Shown here: positions 21,487-30,085 of the stretch, piece by piece
Numbering within the stretch: position 1 is the stretch's first letter
Layout: every line of letters starts with the position of its first letter
DNA from: Candidatus Poribacteria bacterium
GTDB lineage: Bacteria > Poribacteria > WGA-4E > GCA-2687025
Assembly: GCA_963665845.2 (NCBI GenBank)
Contig: OY762492.1
Coordinates: forward strand, 2,720,001-2,784,000
Direction of reading: 5' to 3'
DNA length: 64,000 bases
Position numbers and translations under genes: made by a program
The notes under the pieces: generated by a model
The model's input: only the letters and a program-made list of their open reading frames with translations
What the model was told of the DNA's origin: nothing
The model's database searches: none

Positions 21487-21513
21487 TTAGCAAATAAGGC
21501 GCCAAAATGCTAA
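21487..21513. promoter_or_regulatory. Degenerate CIRCE (HrcA operator) upstream of groES
   Basis: TTAGCA-N15-TGCTAA with canonical CIRCE spacing; inner CTC/GAG not conserved. Confidence 0.65.
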
Positions 21514-21628
21514 AACGCAAAAACCCGCATGATAACAGGCTTTGAGGAACATTCCGAAACAAAGGCGCGTCAAAATGGCGCGTATGGCGGGTCAAAACGG
21601 CGCTGGCGTGTTATATTGGCGCGTATGT

Positions 21629-22612
21629 TCAGGGGGCAAGCAGACCCGGCGCAATCTGCGCGGCATGCCGACGGTACCAGCGCGCCGTCTCCAGCAGCGC
21701 CTCGTCCAGACCCGCCTTCGGCTCATATCCAAGAACGGCGCGGGCGCGCGAGATGTCCGGCGACCGAAGATGAACGTCTGAATGCTTAAACGGAACAAAC
21801 TCGATGCGCGAACTGGAATTGCACGCCTGAATGACGGCGCGGGCGAGCTGCAGCATGGTGACCGTGTTCGCCGGGTTGCCGATGTTGAACGCCTGACCGA
21901 CCGCTTCCTCCGCTGTCGCGGCGCGCAGCAGCCCGTCGATAAAGTCGTCAATATAGCACCAAGAGCGGATGGCGGAACCGTCGTTATGGACGGTGATCGG
22001 GTCATGGTTCAGCGCTTGAAAAATGAAACGCATGACCGCATGGTCGCCGATGCGCTTTGGACCGAACAGGTTGAACGGGCGCACAATGACAGCGGGCAGC
22101 CCGCGCTCCTGATAATGCCCCTGCGTCATATGCTCGCCGACAATCTTGCTGGCGGCGTAGCTCCAGCGCGGTTCGTCCGGCGGACCGGAGACCGCGTTGT
22201 CCGCCTCGCCCGCGTTGTAGGCGTCCGGACCGTAGATTTCGCTGCTGGAGATGTAGACAAACCGCTCCGTCGCGGCGGGGTTCAAGACCTCTAAGATGTT
22301 CTGGACGCCCTGTACGTTCACCTCCAGCGTCCGCAGCGCGTTCATGATGACCGTCTGAACGCCGACGACCGAAGCGAGATGAACGACGATATGCGCGCCC
22401 GCGCATGCCTCCTTGAGCCGCCGCTTGTCGAGAATGTCGCCCTGAATGAAGCGGATGTTCGGGCGGTCTTTCAGGTTGGCGTAGGCGGCGGAGTTCTGAT
22501 CGAAGCGGATGTCGTAGAGTAGAACCTCGTTGGATGGGTGGAGCGTTTCGGCTAAAGCAGCCCCGATAAAGCCTCCGCCTCCAGTGATGAGAACACGCCG
22601 TCCATGAATCAT
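21629..22612 (-). CDS. NAD-dependent nucleotide-sugar epimerase/dehydratase
   Basis: GGGGFIG, SSSEIYG, YAASK, RPFNLFGP. Confidence 0.9.
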   Translation of the reverse strand: MIHGRRVLITGGGGFIGAALAETLHPSNEVLLYDIRFDQNSAAYANLKDRPNIRFIQGDILDKRRLKEACAGAHIVVHLASVVGVQTVIMNALRTLEVNVQGVQNILEVLNPAATERFVYISSSEIYGPDAYNAGEADNAVSGPPDEPRWSYAASKIVGEHMTQGHYQERGLPAVIVRPFNLFGPKRIGDHAVMRFIFQALNHDPITVHNDGSAIRSWCYIDDFIDGLLRAATAEEAVGQAFNIGNPANTVTMLQLARAVIQACNSSSRIEFVPFKHSDVHLRSPDISRARAVLGYEPKAGLDEALLETARWYRRHAAQIAPGLLAP

Positions 22613-22739
22613 TGATCAACGCTCCAAAACAATCTACGGGCAAAAGTTTAGCGCAGGATGCGCCGCAGGTCAACGCCCATCGTTCGATGGCAGTACGCCC
22701 ATGCAGAGATTTTATTGACGACCCTAAAGCGTCCGCGCC

Positions 22740-22828
22740 GCGCGAGGACATGCATTCCCGCGCAAGCGGGAATCCAGAGGCGCCGCAGAAACCGTCCGCC
22801 CTTGCGGTAAGACGCGCGGAAATCTTAG
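22740..22828. repeat. Mosaic repeat block
   Basis: CGCGAGGACATGCATTCCCGCGCAAGCGGGAATCCAGAGGCGCCGCAGAAACCGTCCGC. Confidence 0.8.
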
Positions 22829-22969
22829 AGGTTTTGCGCTCAGAAAGTTACAGCGCGGTCAAAACTATGGTACAATGGCGATACGGCTTGGAGTGGGTTG
22901 AAGGGGAAAACGACGTTTGGGAAAACTGATGTGCAATGAGCCGCCCCTTCATCCTGAAAGGAGCATGGC

Positions 22970-24091
22970 ATGACCTTCTCCGCCTTCACAAAACCCGTGG
23001 CGGCGTTCGTGTCCGCTGTCTTCTCGCTTCTGTTGTGCGCGTCCGCGCCGGCAAGAGACTTTGTCCCAAAGGAAGATGTAACAAGACTGGAGAAGCCGAC
23101 CCTCTGCGTAAGGAGCGGAGACACGCTTAAACTCATCGACTGGGACGGTCAAAATGAAAGGGTCTGGATGACAGGCGAATTCAACGGCCCCGCTAGATTT
23201 AGCCGGGACGGCAAGCGCGCCGCCTTCATCGCCAGTACGGACGATTTCGGTTGGTACACGATGTTCATCCTGGAGCTGGAAACAGGGCGGCTCATCAACA
23301 TGACCGAGCGCCTCGACAACAAAGGATATGAACATATTTACATTCCATTTGTAGCGTGGTTTCCAGACGGGAGGCGTCTTGCATGCGCCGCAAAAGACAG
23401 AAACAACCCGTTCCCATCGTTTGGAGACATCTATGCGTTGGATTTCCGCGCCGCGGCGCTGGAGCAGCTCACCAAGACGCCGGATCAGGATGAATATTGG
23501 CCGTCCGTCTCTGGAGACGGCAAGAAGATCGTTTACAGTTCCACTCCCAGCGACAAGGAGAGAGCTGCGCTCGGTCTCACTGGAGATCACTGGCGCAAAC
23601 ATCTCTATACGATGAACGCTGACGGCTCCAACGTTGTCAACCTGACGTACAGCGCTGCAACCGAGAGATACCCCGAATGGTCGCCGGACGGCAAGAAGAT
23701 TGCGTTTGAGGCGTTCGACCGCAAAGATCAGGAAGGAGAGATTGGAGGACCTGACGTTTATATGATGGACCCGGACGGTTCCAATGTTGAGCGTCTCACA
23801 TCCCGCAAAGACGGATTGCGGGCAAGCCTCAGCGATTGGTCGGCGGACAGCAGATGGATTCTGTTCCATATAAAACTTGACGACAACCACAACCCGCTGA
23901 GCGGACTTTACCGCATTCATATAGAGACGCGGGAGATCGTGCGCATCGGCCGATTCGGCGCAACGACATGGGTTCATGCGGGCAAGAGCCGTTTCCTCTC
24001 CGTTGACCCTGCCGGTAAGAAAAAAGCGCCATGGGGAGCGTTGAAAGCGGCGGACCGTAGCGATAAACCAACTCCGCAAGACGGCGACTAA
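22970..24091 (+). CDS. Secreted TolB-like PD40 beta-propeller protein with C-terminal WGALK motif
   Basis: Signal peptide; FSRDGK, WFPDG, WSPDGKKIAF, MNADGSN; C-terminal SVDPAGKKKAPWGALK. Confidence 0.85.
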   Translation: MTFSAFTKPVAAFVSAVFSLLLCASAPARDFVPKEDVTRLEKPTLCVRSGDTLKLIDWDGQNERVWMTGEFNGPARFSRDGKRAAFIASTDDFGWYTMFILELETGRLINMTERLDNKGYEHIYIPFVAWFPDGRRLACAAKDRNNPFPSFGDIYALDFRAAALEQLTKTPDQDEYWPSVSGDGKKIVYSSTPSDKERAALGLTGDHWRKHLYTMNADGSNVVNLTYSAATERYPEWSPDGKKIAFEAFDRKDQEGEIGGPDVYMMDPDGSNVERLTSRKDGLRASLSDWSADSRWILFHIKLDDNHNPLSGLYRIHIETREIVRIGRFGATTWVHAGKSRFLSVDPAGKKKAPWGALKAADRSDKPTPQDGD

Positions 24092-24175
24092 CGCGCAGAA
24101 GGGCGCAGCGGGCGCTTGACATCTTCCCCCGTATGAGCGACGCTATAGCGACTTATCCAAAACGGAGTATGCCGC

Positions 24176-25435
24176 ATGGCAGCGCGCCCCCTCTCGCATG
24201 ATGAAATCAGCTCCGCCGTGGAGCGCGCCGTTCAAGCGCAGCGCGCCTTGGACATCCATACCCATCTGTTCTCGCCCGAATTCGGTGCGCATATGCTCTG
24301 GGGGATCGACGAGCTGCTGAACTACCATTACCTGATCGCCGAAACGCTGCGCCAATCGGACATCGGCGCGGACGCGTTCTGGAAAATGAGCCGCGCCGGT
24401 CAAGCCGACCATATCTGGCAAACCTTGTTCATCGACAACTCGCCTGTCAGCGAAGCGTGCAGGGGCGTCATTACGGCGCTCAAAACGCTCGGCGCCGACC
24501 CCGCCGAACGCAACCTGAATCGCATCCGCGAATTCTTTGCCGACTCCACCGCGGACGAAATGATCGACCGCGCCTTCAAAGCGGCGAACATCGGCGCCGT
24601 CGTCATGACGAACGACCCGTTCGATGAGGAAGAGGCGCGCGTCTGGTTCAAGGGGCGTCCGCCGAATGAGCGGTTTTTGCCGGCGCTCCGCATCGACCCG
24701 CTGCTCAACAACTACGAAGAAGAGGCGCTGCCGACGCTGCTCGCGCAAGGGTATAACGCGGACGCCGCGCTCTCCAAGGAGTGTCTCGGCGAGATACGCA
24801 AATTTCTAAACGACTGGATCGACCGCATGGACCCGCTCTATATGGCGGTGTCGCTGCCGCCCGACTTTGACTATCCAGAGGAGTCGGTACGCGGCGAGCT
24901 GATTCGGCAGTGCGTTCTCCCTGTTTCGTATTTCCGCGGCGTTCCGTTTGCGCTCATGATCGGCGTCAAGCGTCAGGTGAACCCGTCGCTGCGCATGGCG
25001 GGGGACGGGTGCGCGAAGGCGGACATGTCGGCGCTGGAGCGTCTCTGCGCTGAAAATCCTGACAACGCTTTTTTGACCACCTTTTTGTCGCGGGAGAATC
25101 AGCATGAGCTGTGCGTCGCGGCGCGGAAGTTTCCGAACCTGCTGGTTTTCGGCTGCTGGTGGTTCATGAACAACCCAAGCGTCGTGGAGGAGATCACGCG
25201 GGAGCGGGTGGAGCTGCTGGGGCTAAGTTTCATCCCCCAGCATTCCGACGCGCGCATCTTGGAGCAGCTGGCGTATAAATGGCCGCACGCGCGCGCGGCG
25301 ATCGGCGCCGTCCTCGCCGAGAAATACCGCGATCTTGCCGCCGCCGGCTGGAGCGTGTCCGCCGCCGAGCTGGAGCGCGACGTCCATAACCTGTTTGTCG
25401 GCAACTTTCAGCGGTTTCTGGAGCGCGCCTCATGA
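24176..25435 (+). CDS. uxaC: Glucuronate (uronate) isomerase, Bh0493-type
   Basis: DIHTHL, LLNYHYL, MTNDPFD, GCWWF, QHSDAR..EQL.YKW. Confidence 0.85.
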   Translation: MAARPLSHDEISSAVERAVQAQRALDIHTHLFSPEFGAHMLWGIDELLNYHYLIAETLRQSDIGADAFWKMSRAGQADHIWQTLFIDNSPVSEACRGVITALKTLGADPAERNLNRIREFFADSTADEMIDRAFKAANIGAVVMTNDPFDEEEARVWFKGRPPNERFLPALRIDPLLNNYEEEALPTLLAQGYNADAALSKECLGEIRKFLNDWIDRMDPLYMAVSLPPDFDYPEESVRGELIRQCVLPVSYFRGVPFALMIGVKRQVNPSLRMAGDGCAKADMSALERLCAENPDNAFLTTFLSRENQHELCVAARKFPNLLVFGCWWFMNNPSVVEEITRERVELLGLSFIPQHSDARILEQLAYKWPHARAAIGAVLAEKYRDLAAAGWSVSAAELERDVHNLFVGNFQRFLERAS

Positions 25436-25929
25436 GCGGACGCTTTCGCATACGCCCGGCGGTTGAGAGCGACGCCGCCCTCCTGTTGAGCCTGATACGC
25501 GAACTGGCGGAATACGAGCGGCTGCTGCATGAGGTGTCTGCCGACGAAGACGCGGTGCGCGACACTCTGTTTGGAGAGGACCCATGCGCCGAGGCGGTCA
25601 TCGGCGAGCTGGACGGAGAGCCGATCGCCTTCGCCCTCTTTTTTCAAACCTACTCAACATTCCTCGGCAAACCTGGTCTATGGCTCGAAGACCTGTATGT
25701 CCAGCCGCAGCATCGGCGTCAAGGCTACGGCGGACAGCTCCTTAAACATGTCGCGTTGACCGCCGAACAACGAGGCTGCGGCAGGTTCGAATGGACGGCG
25801 CTGGACTGGAACGAGCCGGCGGTCAACTTCTATCTCAAGATCGGAGCCGTTCCGATGAGCGACTGGACAACCTTTCGCCTCGCCGGCGACGCGCTGCGCG
25901 ACTTTACCCGCTCCCGTCCTCCTCAATAA
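25432..25929 (+). CDS. GNAT N-acetyltransferase (diamine acetyltransferase-like)
   Basis: ELAEYE, YSTFLGKPGLWLEDLYV, LDWNEPA..FY. Confidence 0.9.
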   Translation: MSGRFRIRPAVESDAALLLSLIRELAEYERLLHEVSADEDAVRDTLFGEDPCAEAVIGELDGEPIAFALFFQTYSTFLGKPGLWLEDLYVQPQHRRQGYGGQLLKHVALTAEQRGCGRFEWTALDWNEPAVNFYLKIGAVPMSDWTTFRLAGDALRDFTRSRPPQ

Positions 25930-25975
25930 TTGTATCCCGAAAGGGATTGACGCCTTTGGCTAGTAGGAGAGAGGC

Positions 25976-26479
25976 ATGGGCATCGTATTTGCGGTAAATT
26001 TAAAGATTTACGATGACGGCGAAAACTGGAGGCATCGATCTGATGATGGCAGCTTCCCGCTTTCAGCCAAAGTCGCCATGAAGGCGAGCCAATACGGGTA
26101 TGGAATGCAGTTCTGTAAACCGTACTGGTCGCCATGGTTCATCAATGAGATGCCGTTTGAAATAGGGGCGTCGCCGTTTTCAGACGCTTCAGGCATTTTC
26201 GCCGCCGAGTTTCAAGACCCGCTTGACTGGGAGAAGATTCAGTTCCCGACATTATTGCTGGAGCTGTGGCAATTGCCAAAAGTTGAAGCGGCAATGTTTA
26301 TGCGGATCACAGACGGTTCTAAACCCGTTGATCAGCTGATCTCGGTTCAAGGTTCTAAAGAAAAGCCGAAGCCTGTCTCCATCTACAAGGTGATGGACGA
26401 TCTCGTTGCGCTCAGAGCGCGCGCGGATGTTCCGAACCAGCGGTACTATCTGAACAAAAAAGCGAGCGTTCTTGACTAG
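25976..26479 (+). CDS. Hypothetical protein, tandem paralog A
   Basis: RBS AGGAG; shares PLDW.K.QFPT.LL.LWQLP..EAA.F and PVSIYK.M with next ORF. Confidence 0.7.
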   Translation: MGIVFAVNLKIYDDGENWRHRSDDGSFPLSAKVAMKASQYGYGMQFCKPYWSPWFINEMPFEIGASPFSDASGIFAAEFQDPLDWEKIQFPTLLLELWQLPKVEAAMFMRITDGSKPVDQLISVQGSKEKPKPVSIYKVMDDLVALRARADVPNQRYYLNKKASVLD

Positions 26480-26490
26480 GAGGGGCATGC

Positions 26491-26985
26491 ATGAGCATCG
26501 CGTTTGCCGGCGTTTTGAAACTTCGGAGCGGGACGGACCGAGACGCTTTTTCGCTCAAGATGACGGCGACAGCGCTCGAATTCGGTTACGGACTGGCGTT
26601 TGAACCTGGCCAAAGCAATGACCGATGGGCGTTCGAAGCGGTTGAAAAGTTGGGCGGCAGAGAGGCGGCGCTCTTTTTTAAACCAACCAGCGAGCCGTGG
26701 GACATCAACATTGACGACGCCTTTACGGAAGAGATGTGGTCGCCGCTGGACTGGTCAAAGGTACAGTTCCCGACCTTTCTGCTGAAACTGTGGCAGCTGC
26801 CGGAGATTGAGGCGGCGCTGTTTGTTCGTTACAACAGCGATATGCATGACCTGAAAAAAGAGAGCGGACTTCCTCAGCCCGTCTCCATCTACAAAGCGAT
26901 GGAGGCGGTCGTCTCGGATTACTACGGTCCAGCGCGCCAATGGTACCTAGACAAAAGCAGCGCGGAGCCTGTCTGGCGCGGTTGA
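26491..26985 (+). CDS. Hypothetical protein, tandem paralog B
   Basis: RBS AGGAGG; homologous to previous ORF. Confidence 0.7.
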   Translation: MSIAFAGVLKLRSGTDRDAFSLKMTATALEFGYGLAFEPGQSNDRWAFEAVEKLGGREAALFFKPTSEPWDINIDDAFTEEMWSPLDWSKVQFPTFLLKLWQLPEIEAALFVRYNSDMHDLKKESGLPQPVSIYKAMEAVVSDYYGPARQWYLDKSSAEPVWRG

Positions 26986-27039
26986 CGCTTTGCGGCTTCT
27001 CAACCCCGTCGGCGCGAGTTGAGAAGCCGTCAAAGCGTC
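26984..27039. terminator. Long hairpin between convergent genes
   Basis: GACGCTTTG-CGGCTTCTCAAC ... GTTGAGAAGCCG-T-CAAAGCGTC. Confidence 0.75.
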
Positions 27040-27046
27040 GGCATGT

Positions 27047-27892
27047 TCATTCGCGGTGAGGTCGCGCCACCCCGACCCCGTCATCCTCAATGAGAGGGCG
27101 GTTGTAGATGTAAGGCGGCTCTAAGGTTGCCTGCTGCGCCTCCGTCAGCTCATGTACCCACTCCGGCAGCTTCGTATGGTAATAGCCGCCCGCGAAGTGC
27201 AGATACTTCGGCGAATAGCGCACCAGCAGCGACCGCCGCTCCCCTTCCGACACCCACGGCAGCGTCCCATGCAGCGTCGCCTCGTTGAAGATCACCAGGT
27301 CGCCCGCCTTGCACGGCACATTATAGACGATGTGCTGATACTCTTCCCATTCCCGTATCTTTTTTGGCAGCGGGATGTTCGACTTGTGGCTCCCGGGTAT
27401 GACGCACAGCCCGCCGTCCCCCTCGTTCACATCGGTCAGCTGGTATTGCATGACGATCATGCCGCACCGCATGACGCCGTTGCTGAACGCGTAGTACTGC
27501 GATCCGTCAAACACGCGCGCCGTTGACCCGTGAAGAACCAGCCCCTCGGTTCCCTTCGTCGAGTAAAGCAGGAACGGCGAATGGTCAATCTTCCAGCCGC
27601 GCCCATGCATCGTGTTGAGGTACGGCACCGCCTTCGGATGCGCGAGCATGTCGCGCCACGGCTGGCAATGCGGCTGGGGCCAGGTGAGCATCCCGTTGAA
27701 CATGCCCCGCTTGCGTCCGGCAAGCGTTTTCGACTCGCCCGTGTGGGAATTGCCGTCCTCAACCATGCGATCCATGTTCGCATCGAGAGAGGCGTTCAAC
27801 GCGCTCACTTCCTCTTCGGTCAGGAAGTTCGGCACATGCAGAAAACCCTGCAGGTCGAAGAGAAACTTTTCGGTTTCGTTCATCTGTATCAT
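27047..27892 (-). CDS. Phytanoyl-CoA dioxygenase (PhyH) family protein
   Basis: FDLQGFL, LHG, GGLCVIPGSHK, AGDLVIF..ATLHG, RRSLL. Confidence 0.88.
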   Translation of the reverse strand: MIQMNETEKFLFDLQGFLHVPNFLTEEEVSALNASLDANMDRMVEDGNSHTGESKTLAGRKRGMFNGMLTWPQPHCQPWRDMLAHPKAVPYLNTMHGRGWKIDHSPFLLYSTKGTEGLVLHGSTARVFDGSQYYAFSNGVMRCGMIVMQYQLTDVNEGDGGLCVIPGSHKSNIPLPKKIREWEEYQHIVYNVPCKAGDLVIFNEATLHGTLPWVSEGERRSLLVRYSPKYLHFAGGYYHTKLPEWVHELTEAQQATLEPPYIYNRPLIEDDGVGVARPHRE

Positions 27893-27903
27893 GCGTTTTC
27901 TTT

Positions 27904-28542
27904 CTAGGCGCCTCCGCGCCTGTTTTCAGGTATGATGAGTATGCTGACGACGACGCCCTGTATGGTGGCGCCGTTCTCCGATTCGATTTCAATGTCGGGA
28001 TAATTCTTGCGGCTGTTTTCGGAGGCGAGCGCGCACCGCCCGCCCTCTTCTATGCGGAGCCGTTTGAGCGCGCTTTCGCCGTTGATGAGCGCCGCGACGA
28101 TGTCGCCGCTGCGCGCCTGCAGGTTCGGGTCGACGACGACGCGCGCTCCTTGCGGTATATGCGCGTCGATCATCGAGTCGCCCTTCACGGAAAGCACAAA
28201 ACGGCCTGGACGCCCGCCGAATTCCGACGGCCAAAGATGATGTCCGATCACATTCTGCGTCGCTTCATCCGGCGGTCCGGCGCGTATCCAGCCCAGTTCG
28301 GGCAGCAATGCGCCGTCGATCTCCTCAAACAGCGCGGACGGCGGCACCTCAAAATAGCGCGCCAGTTTCGGCAGCAGTTTCAACGGCGCCTGCTGATACG
28401 CGCCGCGCATGAGATTGGAAACGCGCTGCTGCGAGATGCCGAGCGCGTCCGCAATCTCGCGTTGAGGAATCGCCCGCCCCTCCTTCCGCCGCTTCCGCTC
28501 CACCAGTTCGCGTATGCGCATCTTCATCGTCCGCCTCTCCAT
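27904..28542 (-). CDS. XRE-HTH plus S24 peptidase (LexA/CI-like) repressor
   Basis: QREIADALGISQQRVS HTH; IRAG cleavage site; VKGDSM (Ser); ALKR (Lys). Confidence 0.88.
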   Translation of the reverse strand: MERRTMKMRIRELVERKRRKEGRAIPQREIADALGISQQRVSNLMRGAYQQAPLKLLPKLARYFEVPPSALFEEIDGALLPELGWIRAGPPDEATQNVIGHHLWPSEFGGRPGRFVLSVKGDSMIDAHIPQGARVVVDPNLQARSGDIVAALINGESALKRLRIEEGGRCALASENSRKNYPDIEIESENGATIQGVVVSILIIPENRRGGA

Positions 28543-28550
28543 ACCGCCTT

Positions 28551-28579
28551 ATCATAAAGGCGCCGGCGGAATTTGTAAA
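28551..28579 (-). promoter_or_regulatory. Sigma70-like promoter for the LexA/CI-like gene
   Basis: TTTACA-N17-TATGAT on minus strand. Confidence 0.55.
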
Positions 28580-28589
28580 GCGCAACCTG

Positions 28590-29140
28590 CGCCTAAAATC
28601 CCCAGCCGCCCTTTTCAAGGGGAATCGGATGCGGCTCCCTACCCGCCGTCATTCCCGCGCAAACGGGAATCTTAGCCGTTTTCTGAACTAGGATTGCCAA
28701 GATTGAAAAGATTGCTAAGAGGATTCCTGTATATCGCTATCTTGGCAATCTTAATCATCCTTCCATCCTAGTTCAAAACCAAACGCGCCCCGCGCCTAAA
28801 CCCCCCAGCCCCCTTTTTCAAGGCGGGAATCGGATGCGGCGCCGCCGGTCGTTCCCCGCTTCCGCGAGGACATGCATTCCCGTGAAAACGGGAATCTTAG
28901 GCGCCGCAGACGCCGTCCATATCAAATCTCCGATCCACATCATTGCATGGGAGTACTGCCGTCGGAGGTTGACTGACCTTACGTCTTTAGTTGGGACATG
29001 TCGGCAGGTGAAAGCGGGCGGCCTCTAAGGCGCCTCTAGATTCCCGCTTACGCGGGAATGACGCCTCGCGGAGCGGAGGCTTTTCTACTGACCATCGCGG
29101 TTCGTTCATGACGATGTCCGAACTTTAGGCGTCAGGTCAG
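28590..29140. repeat. Large mosaic repeat block between repressor and pspA
   Basis: REP-like copies near 28648, 28875 and 29039; TGAACTAGGAT...ATCCTAGTTCA palindrome 28684-28775; 26-bp inverted pair 28973-28998 / 29115-29140. Confidence 0.85.
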
Positions 29141-29150
29141 AGGTTGAAGG

Positions 29151-29179
29151 TTGACAGCGCTGCCGACTTCAGATAGCAT
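29151..29179 (+). promoter_or_regulatory. Sigma70-like promoter for pspA
   Basis: TTGACA-N17-TAGCAT. Confidence 0.6.
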
Positions 29180-29218
29180 ATATCCAGGTTGACGAGATTT
29201 GTTCAGAAGGAGAGGCGC

Positions 29219-30085
29219 ATGGCGAACATATTCGTTCGATTCTGGCGGTATATGACCGGCTGGATGCACGATGGCTTGTCGAAGGCGGAGGCGCAGCGGC
29301 CGGAAATTGTGTACAAGCAGGCGATCGAAGGACAGACGAAGCAGTATCAGCAGATGGAAGAAGCGGTAGCGGGTCTGGTGGCGAACCGAGCGCGGCTGGA
29401 CGACGACCTGAAAAAGGCGGAGGACAGCCTCATGGAGGTGCGTTCGGCGATAGATCATGCGATCGTCAGCGCGCAGGGCAGCGACAAAGAAGCCGCCGAA
29501 GAAGCGATCCTGGTCGGCTCCATGCTTCAAGAAGAAGAGGAAACGTTGGTACAGCGCATCCACCTGCTCACCGAAAGCAGAGATTCGGTGCGCGTCCAGG
29601 TGGACAACTACCAGGAGAAACTGGTCACGTTCCGGCACAGCATCAACAAGCTCCAGTCCGAAAGGGATGAGGCGGTTGCGCAAGCCCGCGTCGACAGGCA
29701 AACCGTCGAACTGAACCGGCAGCTGCAGGGCATGTCCACCGAAGGCGATATGCAGGCGCTGAACGAATTGCGCAACAACCTTGCGCGTCTTCGCGCCCAG
29801 GCGACCATGAGCGAGGAAATGCAAAGCGAATCGCTGGACTCGCGCATTAAAAAATACAAGAATGCGGTCAAATCTGACAGCGCAAAGGCGAAATTCCTGC
29901 AGCGGGTCGAAGAGTCCAAAGCGCTCGCTGCTGGAACCGCAAACGAGAGCGCAAGCGAAAGCAGCGGCGAAGGCGAAAGCGCCGGCGCAAGCGAATCCTC
30001 CGCATCGGAGGGGGCAAAAGAGCGCTTTCTCGAACGGGTCGAAGGCGCCTCTTCAGACGAGCCGAAGCCGCCCGCTACGGAGTAA
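29219..30085 (+). CDS. pspA: PspA/IM30 (Vipp1) family protein
   Basis: MANIFVRFWRYM..., RPEIVYKQAIE, long coiled coil. Confidence 0.75.
   Translation: MANIFVRFWRYMTGWMHDGLSKAEAQRPEIVYKQAIEGQTKQYQQMEEAVAGLVANRARLDDDLKKAEDSLMEVRSAIDHAIVSAQGSDKEAAEEAILVGSMLQEEEETLVQRIHLLTESRDSVRVQVDNYQEKLVTFRHSINKLQSERDEAVAQARVDRQTVELNRQLQGMSTEGDMQALNELRNNLARLRAQATMSEEMQSESLDSRIKKYKNAVKSDSAKAKFLQRVEESKALAAGTANESASESSGEGESAGASESSASEGAKERFLERVEGASSDEPKPPATE

Noticed and set aside
27904-28542. Prophage suggested by the CI-like repressor
   Set aside because: No integrase, structural or replication genes nearby
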